Of a stretch of DNA of 64,000 nt, positions 37,164 to 49,249 are shown piece by piece. Position numbers and translations under genes: made by a program. Origin of the DNA: Malacoraja senta (Eukaryota); NCBI GenBank assembly GCA_038087875.1, contig CM075988.1, forward strand, positions 12,402,001 through 12,466,000, given 5' to 3'. The notes under the pieces are model-generated. The model did not search any database. It saw nothing but the letters and a program-made list of their open reading frames with translations, and was not told the origin of the DNA. Position 1 is the stretch's first letter; the number at the start of each line of letters is the position of its first letter.

Positions 37164-38433
37164 TACAATGATAATACCTCACTTGCTTATAATGGGCAAT
37201 CGGAATAACGAACATTATGCTCCCTCCCCACCTCCCACCCGGTATGTGGTCCACAACAAGGGTTTACTGTACAAGCTGATCTGTTGCAATATGAATTTAT
37301 TTTTGTTGTAATGTCAGAGACATGGCTTTGGCTTTGGAGGTTGATATTGTGAAGATGTTATCAATTTGACCATCCTTAACGTATCTCTCCTGGTTACTGT
37401 TGGACATCAAGATCTGGAGACCATGTACTGGCCAGATCTTTGTTTATTTTGTATTGAGTGGTGCAGACAATGAAAATGCGTAATATCTAGAGTGCATAGA
37501 TTGTGAAGTTAGCGGAGTTGAGATTCTGCAGCTGTTGCATTATTGTTACCTAAGCAAGAGTTTGCCAGGCTGTAGTGGACAATCACAGGGCATTTACTTG
37601 TCACTTTCACAAAAGATATTCATACAAAACTGCAGATCTGGCAACTAGAATGTTTGTTTTTAATGAGAATGCTTTGTTAAGATTGCTGCTTAAGCAGAGT
37701 AGACCCTCAGGCTGAGTGAGAATGCTGATTAAAATAGGTCAATTTCGTTTTAGAAATATTTAATTGAAAACACACCACTAAATGTGCATTTGCTCGCATT
37801 TGTATTGTAACATTTAAACCACACAGCAATATTTTTTGCAAATGTACACAGTATTTCTGGGCTTCAAATGCAATAAAATTATAGTAGTTAATAGTTCTTA
37901 ACTGTTTCTTCAATTACATTTTATTTTCAGAGAGTATTAGATTCATTCTTTACAGTGCACAGGAGACTAATAAATCTGCACAGAACATTGAGACTGTTTA
38001 TCCAATGTTTGGGTGCTCCATTACAAATGGGGAATATTTATCTGTGTATAATAGAATGCTTGATCACAGACGATGGCAAGGTATAGTTATAAACTAAGAA
38101 ATTTGAAAAACTAAAGTGGTCTTCATCAGACCAGTAAAAGTCACAGCTATATTGAATATATAGTTGTTTTTTTCGTGTGAGAAAATAGCAACATTATTTT
38201 CCACCCATGAATGAACACATAATAAATGTTGAATTTAACACAGAAAATTGTCAACCTTAGGATCTGGAATAAATGCATTTGACAATATAATGGGATGGAT
38301 CCAGCCAGTAACTGAAGTCACCATGCACACATCAATAGTTAATTGGGTCAACTGAAATGAGGCAGGATATTGGGGGCATGAACTTGACAGGATTCAAGGC
38401 TGGAAAAGAAATTTGACTCATGTCAAAACTGTC

Positions 38434-38919
38434 CAAGAGTCAAGAGCAAAACACAAAATGCTGGAGGAACTCAGTTAAGGGCCCGTCCCACTTTCATGAC
38501 CTAATTCACAACCTTTTTTACTCGTGGACATTATTCATCAGGCTAGAAAAACGCCCCAACCTACTTGATGCCACGAGTACCTACGACTAGCATCACAACC
38601 TACCTACGACCTCCTACGACCTCGTGATGACCATGCTGTGAGTATGAGTCAAGGGCAAACTCGGTAGAGGTCGTGAATTAGGTAGTGAAAGTGGGCAGGC
38701 CCTTAAGTCAGGCAGCCTTTGGCGGCAAAGGAATAGTTGATATTTCAGGTTGAGCCCCTGCATCAGGACATCAAAGTGTGGAGGGATATAAGCAAGTATG
38801 AAGAGGTGAAGGGGAAGAGTGAGGCAGGGGATGGCAGGCGATCCTGCTGAGTTCCTTCAGCAATTTGGTCTTTGCTGGCGAATACTGCATCTGCAGTCTC
38901 TTGTGTGTCCATTAATTTA
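38434..38919. mobile_element. Penelope-derived element hosting a MITE
   Basis: TSD tcatgtcaaaactgtc at 38418-38433 and 38920-38935; aactcag | gtcaggcagc rejoins across the MITE. Confidence 0.75.
38478..38703. mobile_element. MITE, PIF/Harbinger-type (226 bp)
   Basis: About 35-bp TIR AGGGCCYGTCCCACTTTCA...; TTA/TAA flanks; internal acctacgac repeats. Confidence 0.8.
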
Positions 38920-38999
38920 TCATGTCAAAACTGTCGATGAATTTATTCTGGCAAAACTGTACAGGGCTTTTAATGCCTCTGACACTGAACAGCAGTTGA

Positions 39000-39650
39000 A
39001 GACTATAAAATTGGAAAAGATGTTCAGAAAAACAAAAAAAATATTAACTAATTGCGCAAAAAAATTAGATATAATTAAAAACAACTCATGGCATTGTCAT
39101 TTCACTTCCAATTTGCATTGCAGTCTCAAGCACAGGGCAGGCCAAACAATCCATGGCATTGTCATTTCATTTCCATTTTGCATTGCAGTCTCAAGCACAG
39201 GGCAGGCCAAACAACTCATGGCATTGTCAATAAGGGCTAACAAATTATTTATTGCAAGTACATTGCAGACTCAGAGTTCCGTTGATTCACAGCTTAGAAT
39301 CACAGTTGTGGCTTCTCCCTCGTGATCTTCCAGAGTGACTGATTCACGTCCAGGCATCCGGGGTTTATAGTCCTGCCGCCCCCCCTCCCCCCACCCCCAC
39401 CCGGAAAGGGTGTTACCTTAATCATGATGATTGACAGGCGAGAGGACCAATCAGCTAATCTCAAGATTTTTTAAACACTCATACCTTTTTTATTTTTCAT
39501 CGATCGGAAAAATCCTCGGGGCTGCCTCAGCGGAGGCGGACTGTGAGTAAGATGGCCAAAAATCATAGAGATATAGGGTAGCGTCTTTACTAAAATCAAT
39601 ATATAGCGCAGACAGGAAATGGACATGATGATACTTTTAATTATGTATAT
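39000..39650 (-). mobile_element. Putative non-autonomous Helitron-like element containing the 65-bp repeat
   Basis: Minus strand begins catatacataattaaaag, similar to a TCTAT..TAAAAG-type Helitron 5' end. CpG-richer interior with internal tandem repeats. No clear CTAG 3' end found. Confidence 0.3.
39079..39229. repeat. 65-bp tandem repeat, about 2.3 copies
   Basis: acaactcatggcattgtcatttca...gcacagggcaggccaa repeated. Confidence 0.9.
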
Positions 39651-39711
39651 GTTCTGAAGCACAACAATGAAATGCTTACTTGCAGAAGCACAACAGGTGT
39701 GCAAATATAGA

Positions 39712-39972
39712 GTGTTGGAAGGAACTGCAGATGCTGGTTTATACCAAAAATAGATACAACAAGCTGGAGTAACTCAGCGGAATAGGATAATCTCTGGAGA
39801 GAAGGAATGGGTGATGTTTTGGGTCAAGAACCTTCTTCAGAGTGATAAAGTGTCTCGACCCGAAACGTCACCCATTTCTTCTCTCCAGAGATGCTGCCTG
39901 CCCTGCTGAGTTATTCCAGCTTTTTGTGTCTATCTTCGGTTTAAACCAGCATCTGCAGTTCCAACCTACACA
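39712..39972. mobile_element. Penelope-derived near-perfect fold-back (arms about 125 bp)
   Basis: gtgttggaaggaactgcagatgctgg...ccttcttcag mirrored by ...cgacccgaaacgtcaccc...ccagcatctgcagttccaacctacac. Confidence 0.85.
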
Positions 39973-41797
39973 TTTTGAATATAACACTCCTGTGTCCATC
40001 CCAACACTCAGTGTGTTCTCTTTAGTGCTATTATTGGGAGGCTGCAGTAATTTTGCTGTTCAATTGAATTCTGCTGTCCTAGACTGATGCAATGAAGCTC
40101 ATGTCTGGTCCAAGTTCCAATTCACTGCCTGAGTGAATGTTGTCAATAAAAATACCTAATAGTTAATTGCCAAACTGTGAACAGAAAAAAAACAAATTAA
40201 GGGCAAAATAGATGAGTTTTTGATTTTTTTAAATAGATAATTCATATTTCACATTCCTTGATTTTCCAACAATAGTAAAACCAATATGAATTATATTTCA
40301 TGTTTGTAATAGTTGTAGGAGATTATTCAACACTTATTAAACTTATCAGGTCATTAAACATGCATTCAACTGGAATGGACCACCAGCTTTGGCATGTGTT
40401 TCAAAGTCATGTTGATGAGGGAAATACTGTGCAACCTTCATGAATACAATCATGTATCTCTGTTTAATTGAATATAAGTGGTTGACAAAGTTGCTGCTTG
40501 GGCTACACTTGAAAATGATGAATGTAGATTGTGAACTTATGGTTGCAATGTTTTTACCGCTCACGGTGAACAAGAGAGTTATTCTCATCATTTTCAATCT
40601 GTAAACCAGCAAGCTGTCTTCAGGCTTCAGCTACAATTTAGCATGATGCCAAGAAATAAGATTGCTGACTAAGATTGTGGAGAGTTAAACAACAGTTGTG
40701 CGAAGCTCTGGTATGAGCTCATGTGAAGATCATGTAAAAGACGTTATAGGTTTGAGGAAAGTGCAGTGAGATTTAGAAGAATTAAATTTAGATTCCAATG
40801 ATTAAATTACGAGAGACTGAACACATGAGGATTGCACTTCTTAGCATTTTGATGACTAAAGGGGATTTTGTCACTTCTTTCTTGAGTTAGATCAGGAGAA
40901 ATTTCTTCCCTAATTCTGAAGTCACAGACTGGCTGCTTTGGTTTAAAAGTTTGAGCACATCTTTCAAGATTGAAATAATGTAATACTTCTCTATGGAGTG
41001 GATGAGAAGAGTTCTCATCTACAATTAATTCATGGCAATTTTTTAAAAATATGAAATTAAGGAACAATAGATATCAATAACAAGGCCAAAGTTATTGTGG
41101 GATACAGGAAGACAGTAAATATTTGGTTTAAACCAGCATATGCAGTTCCTTCCTACACAAGACAATATGTGACATTATGTCACATACCATCTGTGGGCTT
41201 GTTGAATGATACAGATGATACCAAGCAACCAACTCTGCTTCCAAGCATTCCAGTTGTGTGCATACTTAGATAGGACACATGTTGTACCCACTTGCATGGG
41301 CTGGGATGAAATCTGTGTAACCAGAAAAACGTGGCATTTTTGTTAAAGCAAGTTGTTGAGGATGAAACCACGATAATCTACTTGTCGCCAAGGATAATTG
41401 GAGTAACAGTAAAACAGTACAGCACAGGAGAGGCCCTTCAGCCCACAATGTCTGTGACAAACATGATGCCAAGATTAACTAATGTCATCTACCTGTGCGT
41501 GATCCATTTTCCTCCATTCCCTGTACATCCATATGCCCATTTAAAAGAATCTTAAATGCCACTATTAAATCGGTTTATTATTAGTTTTCACTCTATGCTG
41601 ATGTAACTGAAACTTCTGATGAGGAATCGGTTTACAGTACAACCACAGTTTTTGTGACACCAAGAACATTTGTCACATCATGGTACTGCGTAAACTGGAC
41701 ATTTCACTTTAACATAACATGGAGTGTTCAACATTTAACTCCGCAGAAGCCTTGACAAACTAGTCTTTGATGCCTAACACTTTTCTGTTGATCACAT

Positions 41798-42053
41798 AGG
41801 GGCAGCACAGTGGTGTAGCGGTAGATTTGGTGCCTTACAGTGCCTGCAGCGTCAAAGACCCGGGTTCGATCCCAACTATGGGTGCTGTCTGTATGGAGCT
41901 GGACGTACAGGTTGTAGGTTAATTGGCTTGGTCTAAGTGTAAATTGTCCATACTGTGTGTAGGACAGGGTTAATGTGTGGGGATCACTGGTTGGTGCGGA
42001 CTTGGTTGGGCCGAAGTGCCTGTTTCCGCGCTGTATCTCTAAACTAAACTAAA
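41798..42053 (+). mobile_element. HE1-type V-SINE with internal deletion
   Basis: Head, B box and tail present; part of the V-domain is missing. Confidence 0.85.
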
Positions 42054-42642
42054 CTTCTAATGTATTGTTTAAAATCTGTGGGTTTGGAAGCTCAGAGAGG
42101 ACCATATTCTATACTGTAGACTGCAATGCATAATTTAAAACTTCAAATTTATTATTGTCTACTACAGTTGGAAAAATGCACACTTCAGGAGGAAGATGGA
42201 TTTGTATACTCCCAGCTCATTTATGCTGGAAAAAAAATGCACTGAGGCAATTTGTGCTCATTAAAATCTGCTTAATATTCATATGTTTAATTGTCCGTAG
42301 GAGTCAGTCACTACCTGCATAGTGATCATTTCTCCTCATCCAGACTTCTGCTCCAGCATGCAAATAATCTCCAGATACTTGACTCAGATTTGCTCCATTT
42401 GAGTCCACTTGAGTCCCATATTTAAGATATGATAGATCACATTAAAAAAAAACGAGCATTGTAGTCTGTGTAATTTTGTAACGTTGATTGCAATTTATTT
42501 AAAAAAAAAAAAATCCATCATTGGACCTGTGGGCATGTGACAGTGTTTAATATGATTTGTCTTTTTATCCAATTTTACCGAAGCAAAATAGTTTTGCTTC
42601 TGAAATATTCAAATCAATGTCGGTCAAGTCTCAAAACTAATT

Positions 42643-42792
42643 TTGTAGGAAAGAACTGCAGATGCTGGTTTAAATTGAAGGTAGACACAAAATGCTGGAG
42701 TAACTCAGCGGGAGAGAGAAGGAATGGGTGACATTTCGGGTCTCGACCCGAAGCATCACCCATACCTTCTCTCCAGAGATGCTGCCTGTCAC
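42643..42792. mobile_element. Penelope-derived fold-back element
   Basis: Symmetry centre cgggtctcgacccg; TSD tctcaaaactaatt at 42629-42642 and 42793-42806. Confidence 0.8.
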
Positions 42793-42809
42793 TCTCAAAA
42801 CTAATTGTT

Positions 42810-43025
42810 TCGTTTAGAGATGCAGCATGGAAACTGACCCTTTGGTTCACCGAGTCCAAACCTACCATCCATTCATACTAGTTCTACGTAATCCCATATT
42901 CGTAACCACTCCCTGCACACTGGGGGCAATTAACAATGGATCTTATGTTATTGGGATGTGGGAGAATACAAGGAGCACCCGGACAAGACCCACACGGTCA
43001 CAGGGAAAACGTGCAAGCTCCCCAC
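42810..43025 (-). mobile_element. Degenerate HE1-type SINE
   Basis: ttagagatgcagcatggaaac...ggagcacccgg...cccacacggtcacagggaaaacgtgcaa. Confidence 0.7.
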
Positions 43026-43607
43026 AATTTAAATACAATGAAGCATAGCTCAATATCATTATTACTAATATTTACATCTTCATATTAGTATGATGTTAGT
43101 CCAGCTATGATAATGCTGTATCATGAGTAAATGTGCCCCTATGCAGAACTACAATGACATTCAAATTCACTTCATGTTGTCTTAAAATTGCTGATATATG
43201 GAGCCTTTGCAGGTTGCCACCCAAGCATTTTACTTGAGTGTTTCTCCATGCACAGCCCTAGATGGGTAATTTTGGGGAGCAATTCAGCATGAGACAGCAT
43301 TGAAAAGCCTCAACTAGATGAAACACCTTGTCTAAGTTCAAGATGGAATCAGTAGATCGTAGCGGACGCGGAGTTGTCCTTTAAAGAACGAGGCAGACAT
43401 GAAGTTTGTCCGAAATACTGGTTCTTCATTACTACACTAATTCTCCTCACTCACCAACCCTGTGCGCACGCGATTAACCCTTAAATACTCCCCAGGGGCA
43501 CCCGTGATCAAACCGTGACCCTATCTCTCGTCACCGGGCCACGTGACCCCCAAAGAGCCGAAGGTTATGTACATTGTGTGGCCCATCACCCACTGCCGCC
43601 ACATTTA

Positions 43608-43621
43608 CCCCCCCCCCCCCC
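43608..43621 (-). other. Polypurine tract (G14)
   Basis: Lies 4 nt upstream of the 3' LTR on the minus strand. Confidence 0.85.
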
Positions 43622-43754
43622 AGAACCGGAGGCACAAAAACGGATGGGAGCCGAAAGAGGCGGCCGGACCTCGTACGTACGTCCCCACGCAAAGGTTTAT
43701 TTTCTGGTAAGGATGAACTAGGTGGGACCCGAGATGGCGGACGCCCTCGATGGC

Positions 43755-43788
43755 AAGGCTGCGTGTTCAAATCACGTCGGGGTCACCA
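43755..43788 (-). other. Primer-binding site complementary to the tRNA-Trp 3' end
   Basis: Minus strand TGGTGACCCCGACGTGATTTGAACACGCAGCCTT, 2 nt after the 5' LTR. Confidence 0.9.
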
Positions 43789-44777
43789 AATGTAGCGGAC
43801 GCGGAGTTGTCCGTTAAAGAACGAGGCAGACACAAAGTTTGTCCGAAATACTGGTTCTTTATTACTACACTAATTCTCCTCACTCACCAACCCTGTGCGC
43901 GTGCGCGATTAACCCTTAAATACTCCCCAGGGGCACCATTGACCAAACCGTGACCCCTATCTCTCATCACCAGGACACGTGACCCCCCAAATAACCGAAG
44001 GTTATGTACAGTGCGTGGCCCATCACCCAGTGCCGCCACAAGATAGCAAATGGTTGCAAATGACAGTTAATGGGAATATCTGACTAATATTCATTCCCAC
44101 CCAGGGAACTGAACCTGTTTCGATACCACTTTTATCTGAACTTATAGACATGAATAAAGTATGTAATTATGGAGAATGGAACTTGGGACAATAAGATCGG
44201 CTCAGTTTTCAGCATGGAACGCACAATTATATTTGAGCAGCCACATGTTCTTCACTGTGTCTATTATTTAGTGAACCCTATGTTTGTCTTCCTACACTAC
44301 GTTTAGTATGTTCCAATAAAAATATTTTATTCGCGACAAAGGATGAAATCAAAATTCTCCTGTTTCAGCAAGGCAGTTTTGTTTCTGAAGAGACAGTATT
44401 GTGTGTTTTGCTGCTTTTTATTGGAATGACTATGTCAAATCAAATTCCTCATATGTTGCAAATAAAGTATAATTGTGATTGTGATTATGATTAGTTTTAC
44501 GCTTGACAGTAAACAGCAGAGAGGTTATTTTAACTGAAGCCACTAGCAGGACATTGGTCAGGTGCCTGTTGCCCACAAAAAAAGGCTTGGAGAATGTGTG
44601 TGCATACCCTCATGGACATTTTCAAAGTGGGCCTTTACTGGCTATTTCTCCCAACCAACATTTCCACTGTTTGTTCCCACCTGATCTTCACACTGTTCTG
44701 CTGATTTGAGCAGAGTGGAATAATTGCACTTGTTCCATTGACCCACTGCTGCCTGCTATGCGAATGAATCCGTCTTA

Positions 44778-45070
44778 TGTCATAGAGGCATACAGCATAA
44801 AAACAGGCCATTCAGTCCAACATGCCCATGCTGACCAAGATTCCCCATCCTCATTAGTCCCAATTACCCCTATTCGCATTTGGCCCATATCCCTCTAACA
44901 CGCTCCTATCCATGTACCTGTCCAAATACAGACACAAAAAGCTGGAGTAACTCAGTGGGACAGGCAGCATCTCTGGAGAAAAGGAATTGGTGACATTTCG
45001 GGTCGTGACCCTTCTTCAGACTGAAAGTCATGGGAAAGGGAAACAAGAGATATATGTCCAAATGTCTTTT
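44778..45070 (-). mobile_element. CR1 3' tail with a Penelope-derived insert (44928-45054)
   Basis: TSD tgtccaaat at 44919-44927 and 45055-45063. Confidence 0.75.
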
Positions 45071-46229
45071 ATGTGGCAAATTCTTTGAGGTCCATCCAGC
45101 AGATGAGTTGGATTGGAGCTTGAATGGATGGAATTTATATAGATGTTGTATGTTATTGCCATAACAGTTGATTCACATCTTCTTCTTCATCCTTTTTCCA
45201 AATTGCCCACCCTTTTTCTGCTTGGACAGTCTTTGTGTACTTTCAAATCTGAATGGGACTTTGTTAGAACAGGGGCAGTGTTATTGTTCATTTATTTAAT
45301 GCATTTTGACTTGCTAAGGTCAGGGCAGTTGCAATGTTCCATCAACATAATACTTGTAAAATCATTAGCTGGAATTACACACAGCTATCTACTCAATATT
45401 TCATAACTCATCCTTAAGAACACCTGTGGCACCTTATTACATGGATATTTTAATATTTCATAATAATTAAATATACTTTCTAACGTTCACTTTCACTGCC
45501 CAAATTATTCAACTGGAGAAGGAGCACAGTTTTCAACTGCTTTCAATATGGATTCCAGTCGCAATGATGGTTTTTAATGACTGGAGTGTCCAATTATAAT
45601 AAAATAAATGTTCACAGAATGTTTGAAAATTTAGCCTTGGGTCTCCGTTAATTATGCATAACATTTAGTGTCAAAACGTTCTCCATTGGGAGCAGACTCA
45701 AACGTTGACATGAAAGCCATTGTTGTGCGCGCACTGACTATTTTGTATGCTGGAACAAAGATGCCAGAAGGCGATTGTTTTGCAGTGAATGTGGTTAATT
45801 TTTTTTCTCCATAATTAAGTTTCTTTGTATCAATGTTATGGCGTTAGTTTTGGAACTGCAGTGATTTGAATGAAACAAGGCATTGATGAGGAATTGGCTA
45901 AAGACCTTTGCAGTAAAAATGCTGAGACACAAGTTGACACAAACCAGGGGAAATTAAACCTCTATCTGTGTGGAACAATATCAGGATGGGAGATCTCATG
46001 AGAACAATGGTTAATTAGCCACCATTTTGAGCAGTCGGATAAAGCCACATATTTCATCCTGTAGCTAATTAATTAATAGTGAGACTGTATTTGACTAAAG
46101 GGATAAAGGGAGCTGGAGGGAAGAATTTAACATGGGGATTAGGCTCCTGATATAGGAGTTCTAATGGGAATTATGAATTTGAGCTAATAGCAGGATTAAT
46201 TTTTTGGAATGAAATCACCTGCCCATTCA

Positions 46230-46885
46230 AGTTGGAAGAAGGGTCCTGATCCAAAATGTCACCTGACCATTCTCTCCACAGATGCTGCCTGACTTGCTGA
46301 AGTCCTCCAGCACATTGTGTTTTGCTCGATTCCAGCATCTGCAGTTCCTTGTATCTCCACATTACTGCTCCACTGCAAAATCGCCTCAAAATATAGCTAC
46401 CTTAAAGAGGTTCTGCCCCTCACTCTGTCAGGCTGAAGAACGATCCTGACCCGAACATCAGTTGTCTATTCCGTCCCAGATACTGCCTGACCCTGACCAG
46501 CATGGGGGACACCACCCTGAATCAATGCCACAAACTACCAGCTCGAGATGCCTCCATCCATGAAGAATATATAAATCAGCAATTAAGCCAAAGCTGGAGC
46601 TTGAGAACTAGACAGTGTTTCCAACCAGATACTCTCATGCTTTAAAGTATCTTCTTTGGAGGATCTGTGATTAATTTGAGGGACTTGTTGAGGCTGCACT
46701 GTTGGTGCAGGCAAGTTTTATAATGATGTAGTCAAAGTTGGCTGATTATCCATCTTTTGAATCTGAAGAACAGTCTTGACTAACATCACCTCTCCATAGT
46801 CTCCAGAGATGCTGCCTGATCTGCTGAATCACTCCAGCACGTTGTGTCCTTTTTTGTAAACCAGCATCTGCAGTTCCTTGATTCT
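46230..46885 (+). mobile_element. Three degenerate Penelope-derived hammerhead elements (about 46230, 46430, 46760)
   Basis: (c)tgaagaa...cctgacc/tcttgac...cacc...agatgctgcctga. Confidence 0.65.
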
Positions 46886-47159
46886 GCTGCACATTGTTTT
46901 TCCTGTGTTTAATGAAGAGTCAAAGTAATGCTGAGAAACTGGTTGAATGAAGATCGCAGTGTTGTTGCAGGTCACAGCAGCGTTCATGAATTTACATCTT
47001 ATTTAGGGGCATGCTGTATCTCCACCAGATTTGGTCTCTCCTGCTTATTCTGCAAGTAAAGTCTTGCAAGGAGGAAGGATGCGACTTAAAGTGATAGTTG
47101 GTAGGTTCTTGATGGACTGAGTAGTTACTGAGAGGAAGAATGTGAAATGCGTGCCATGC

Positions 47160-47456
47160 GAGCACGATGCAGTGCCGCAACGGTAGATTTGCGACTTTCC
47201 AGCACCAGAGACCCGGGTTCGATCCTGACAACTGGTGCTGTCTGTACGGAGTTTGGACGTTTCTTCCTGTGACTGCATGGGTTTTTTCCCGGTGCTCCAG
47301 TTTCCTCTCAATTTCCAAAGATGTGCAGGGTTGCAGGTGAATTAGCTTCAGTAAATGGTCCCTAGTCTGTAAGATAGAAGTGGTATACGGGTAATTGTTG
47401 TTCCGTATGGACTCAATGGGCTAAAGGGCATGTTTCCATGCTGTATCTCGAAACTA
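47160..47456 (+). mobile_element. HE1-type V-SINE
   Basis: Family match with B box gggttcgatcc. Confidence 0.85.
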
Positions 47457-49249
47457 AGGAGAGGGAGATGCAAACAGGATAAAAAGTTGAGGCCTAATGT
47501 GAAATCTGTGCCTAGATCACGAATTGAACTCTGAAAGGAGCAAGTAACACCACTGAGACTGCAAAATAAAAAGGAAACAGTATGAGTAGATGTTTTCAAG
47601 GTTTATTAACAAGATGTGCATGTGTGTGTGTACGTGTGTGTACAATTCGTAGGTTACATACCAAGCACTGAAATAGGGATTAGTATAGATGGACACAGAA
47701 TGCTGGAGTAACTCAGTGGAACAGGCAGCATCTCTGGAGAGAAGGAATGGGTGACATTTCAGATGGATGATCACAATAGACATAGTGGGCATAGCAGAGG
47801 TCGATCAGAATGGACACTGCAAAGGTAAAAACTGTACGAATTAAATCACTTTCATTCTGTGCTATGTGCCTGTATGACTCTGAGAAAATATTAGCTGCAC
47901 ATTTTATATAGAATGCTGGAGAAGGGGAGAAGACCTTCTCTCTCTCCTTCTGGGCAATTCGGCTTCAAGAGATGCATTGTGAATTGTGTCCAGAAATTGA
48001 GTGGGTCAGCCTTCCAGTCAGCCAGTTCAACAGCAAAACTGGCCATTAGTTATCCTGAGACTTTGGAGTTAAAACACCTTGAGCCTGCACATCTTAAATT
48101 CATCTCATTAATGATCCCATCAAAACCTATTAAAATCAAGGCCTTTAATTTTGGACGTGGCATCAATAAGTCACAAAATAAAACTTACAATTGTCATACT
48201 AAGTATTGAAACTAAAATTAGTCTTCATTTGAAACATGTGTGTATTTCCATTTTGTGTTTTTTGCTACATCGTTTTCAGAATTAGCTTGGTTTGCTGTCT
48301 GATATTGTTCTTGTAGATCAATTACCTGTGGATGTGCAGGGGTAACTGTATTCTCATTGTAGATCTGCCCTAGATATGATTGTTATTATCATTAGTTGTA
48401 AAGTGGTTTGATGCTTCATTTCCCACCAGTTCAATTTCCCACTTTGTTGAACAGACGCCCAGAAACATCAAAGGATAATTGAAAAATAGAGATAATGATG
48501 GAGTCAACGAGGGTAATAGGAAGGGGCACCTTTAGGCATATATGTATAGTGTGAAGCATGAAGACAGGAGGAATTATTGTCCATTGCTTCTATAACTTTG
48601 GGAATATGTGGAGAGAAAGGTGGAAGGTGTTGCAAGCACATTCGAAGGTGTGTTGCAGGTGAGATTTGTCATTTGAGTGAAAGAGAAGAAGAAGCAGGTA
48701 TTGTGCTTAACTTTGAAGGTTATCACTCAAAGAGAAATGGTGAAGTGGGAGAGAGGAATCGGACGGAGGCAGAGGCAGTGTTCGGTTTGCCCTCCAACAA
48801 GGGGAGCGGTGTGAAGACTGATCAAAACATGAATAATGGATGTGATTTATGGATGTAATATGATTTTGCTGAGTGGTCATGACTCCCTGGATCATCTGAT
48901 TTAAAAAGATTTATAGAAATATTGTAATGTATGCAGGAGAGCAGGGAAGAGAAATCAAGAAAAAGAAAACAGAGGTTGCTGGAAGTGTAAAATAAAAGCA
49001 GAAAATGCTGGAAAAGCTCAATAGGTCAGGCAGCATCTGTGGAAAGTGCAGGGAATGTGCAGATTAAAGAGCCTTCATCAGAATTCTTCCCCCATTTCTA
49101 TTTTACATAAGCTGTCTGACATTTTAAATGTGTCCAGTATATCCTGTTTTTATTACAGCCAGATGTATATAGGATCAGGAATTGTGACAATATGATGGAA
49201 AGATTGAGAATATAAACTAAACAATGCTTTTCAAAAAGGGGTTGGATCC

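Larger units (their letters stand above)
43358..44040 (-). mobile_element. TRIM-like non-autonomous LTR retroelement (683 bp), Gypsy-derived
   Basis: LTRs 43358-43603 and 43791-44040 (minus TGTGGC...GCTACA); AGAT TSD; PBS and poly-G PPT in the correct positions; 187-bp interior. Confidence 0.92.

Noticed and set aside
38819..39325. 168-aa ORF
   Set aside because: It spans a repeat end, an A-rich tract and the 65-bp tandem repeat; no coding signature.
43755..43788. tRNA-Trp gene or pseudogene
   Set aside because: Only the 3' portion with encoded CCA is present, positioned exactly as an LTR-element PBS.
48577..48858. Purine-rich ORF, possibly an old Penelope relic
   Set aside because: Too degenerate to assign by eye.
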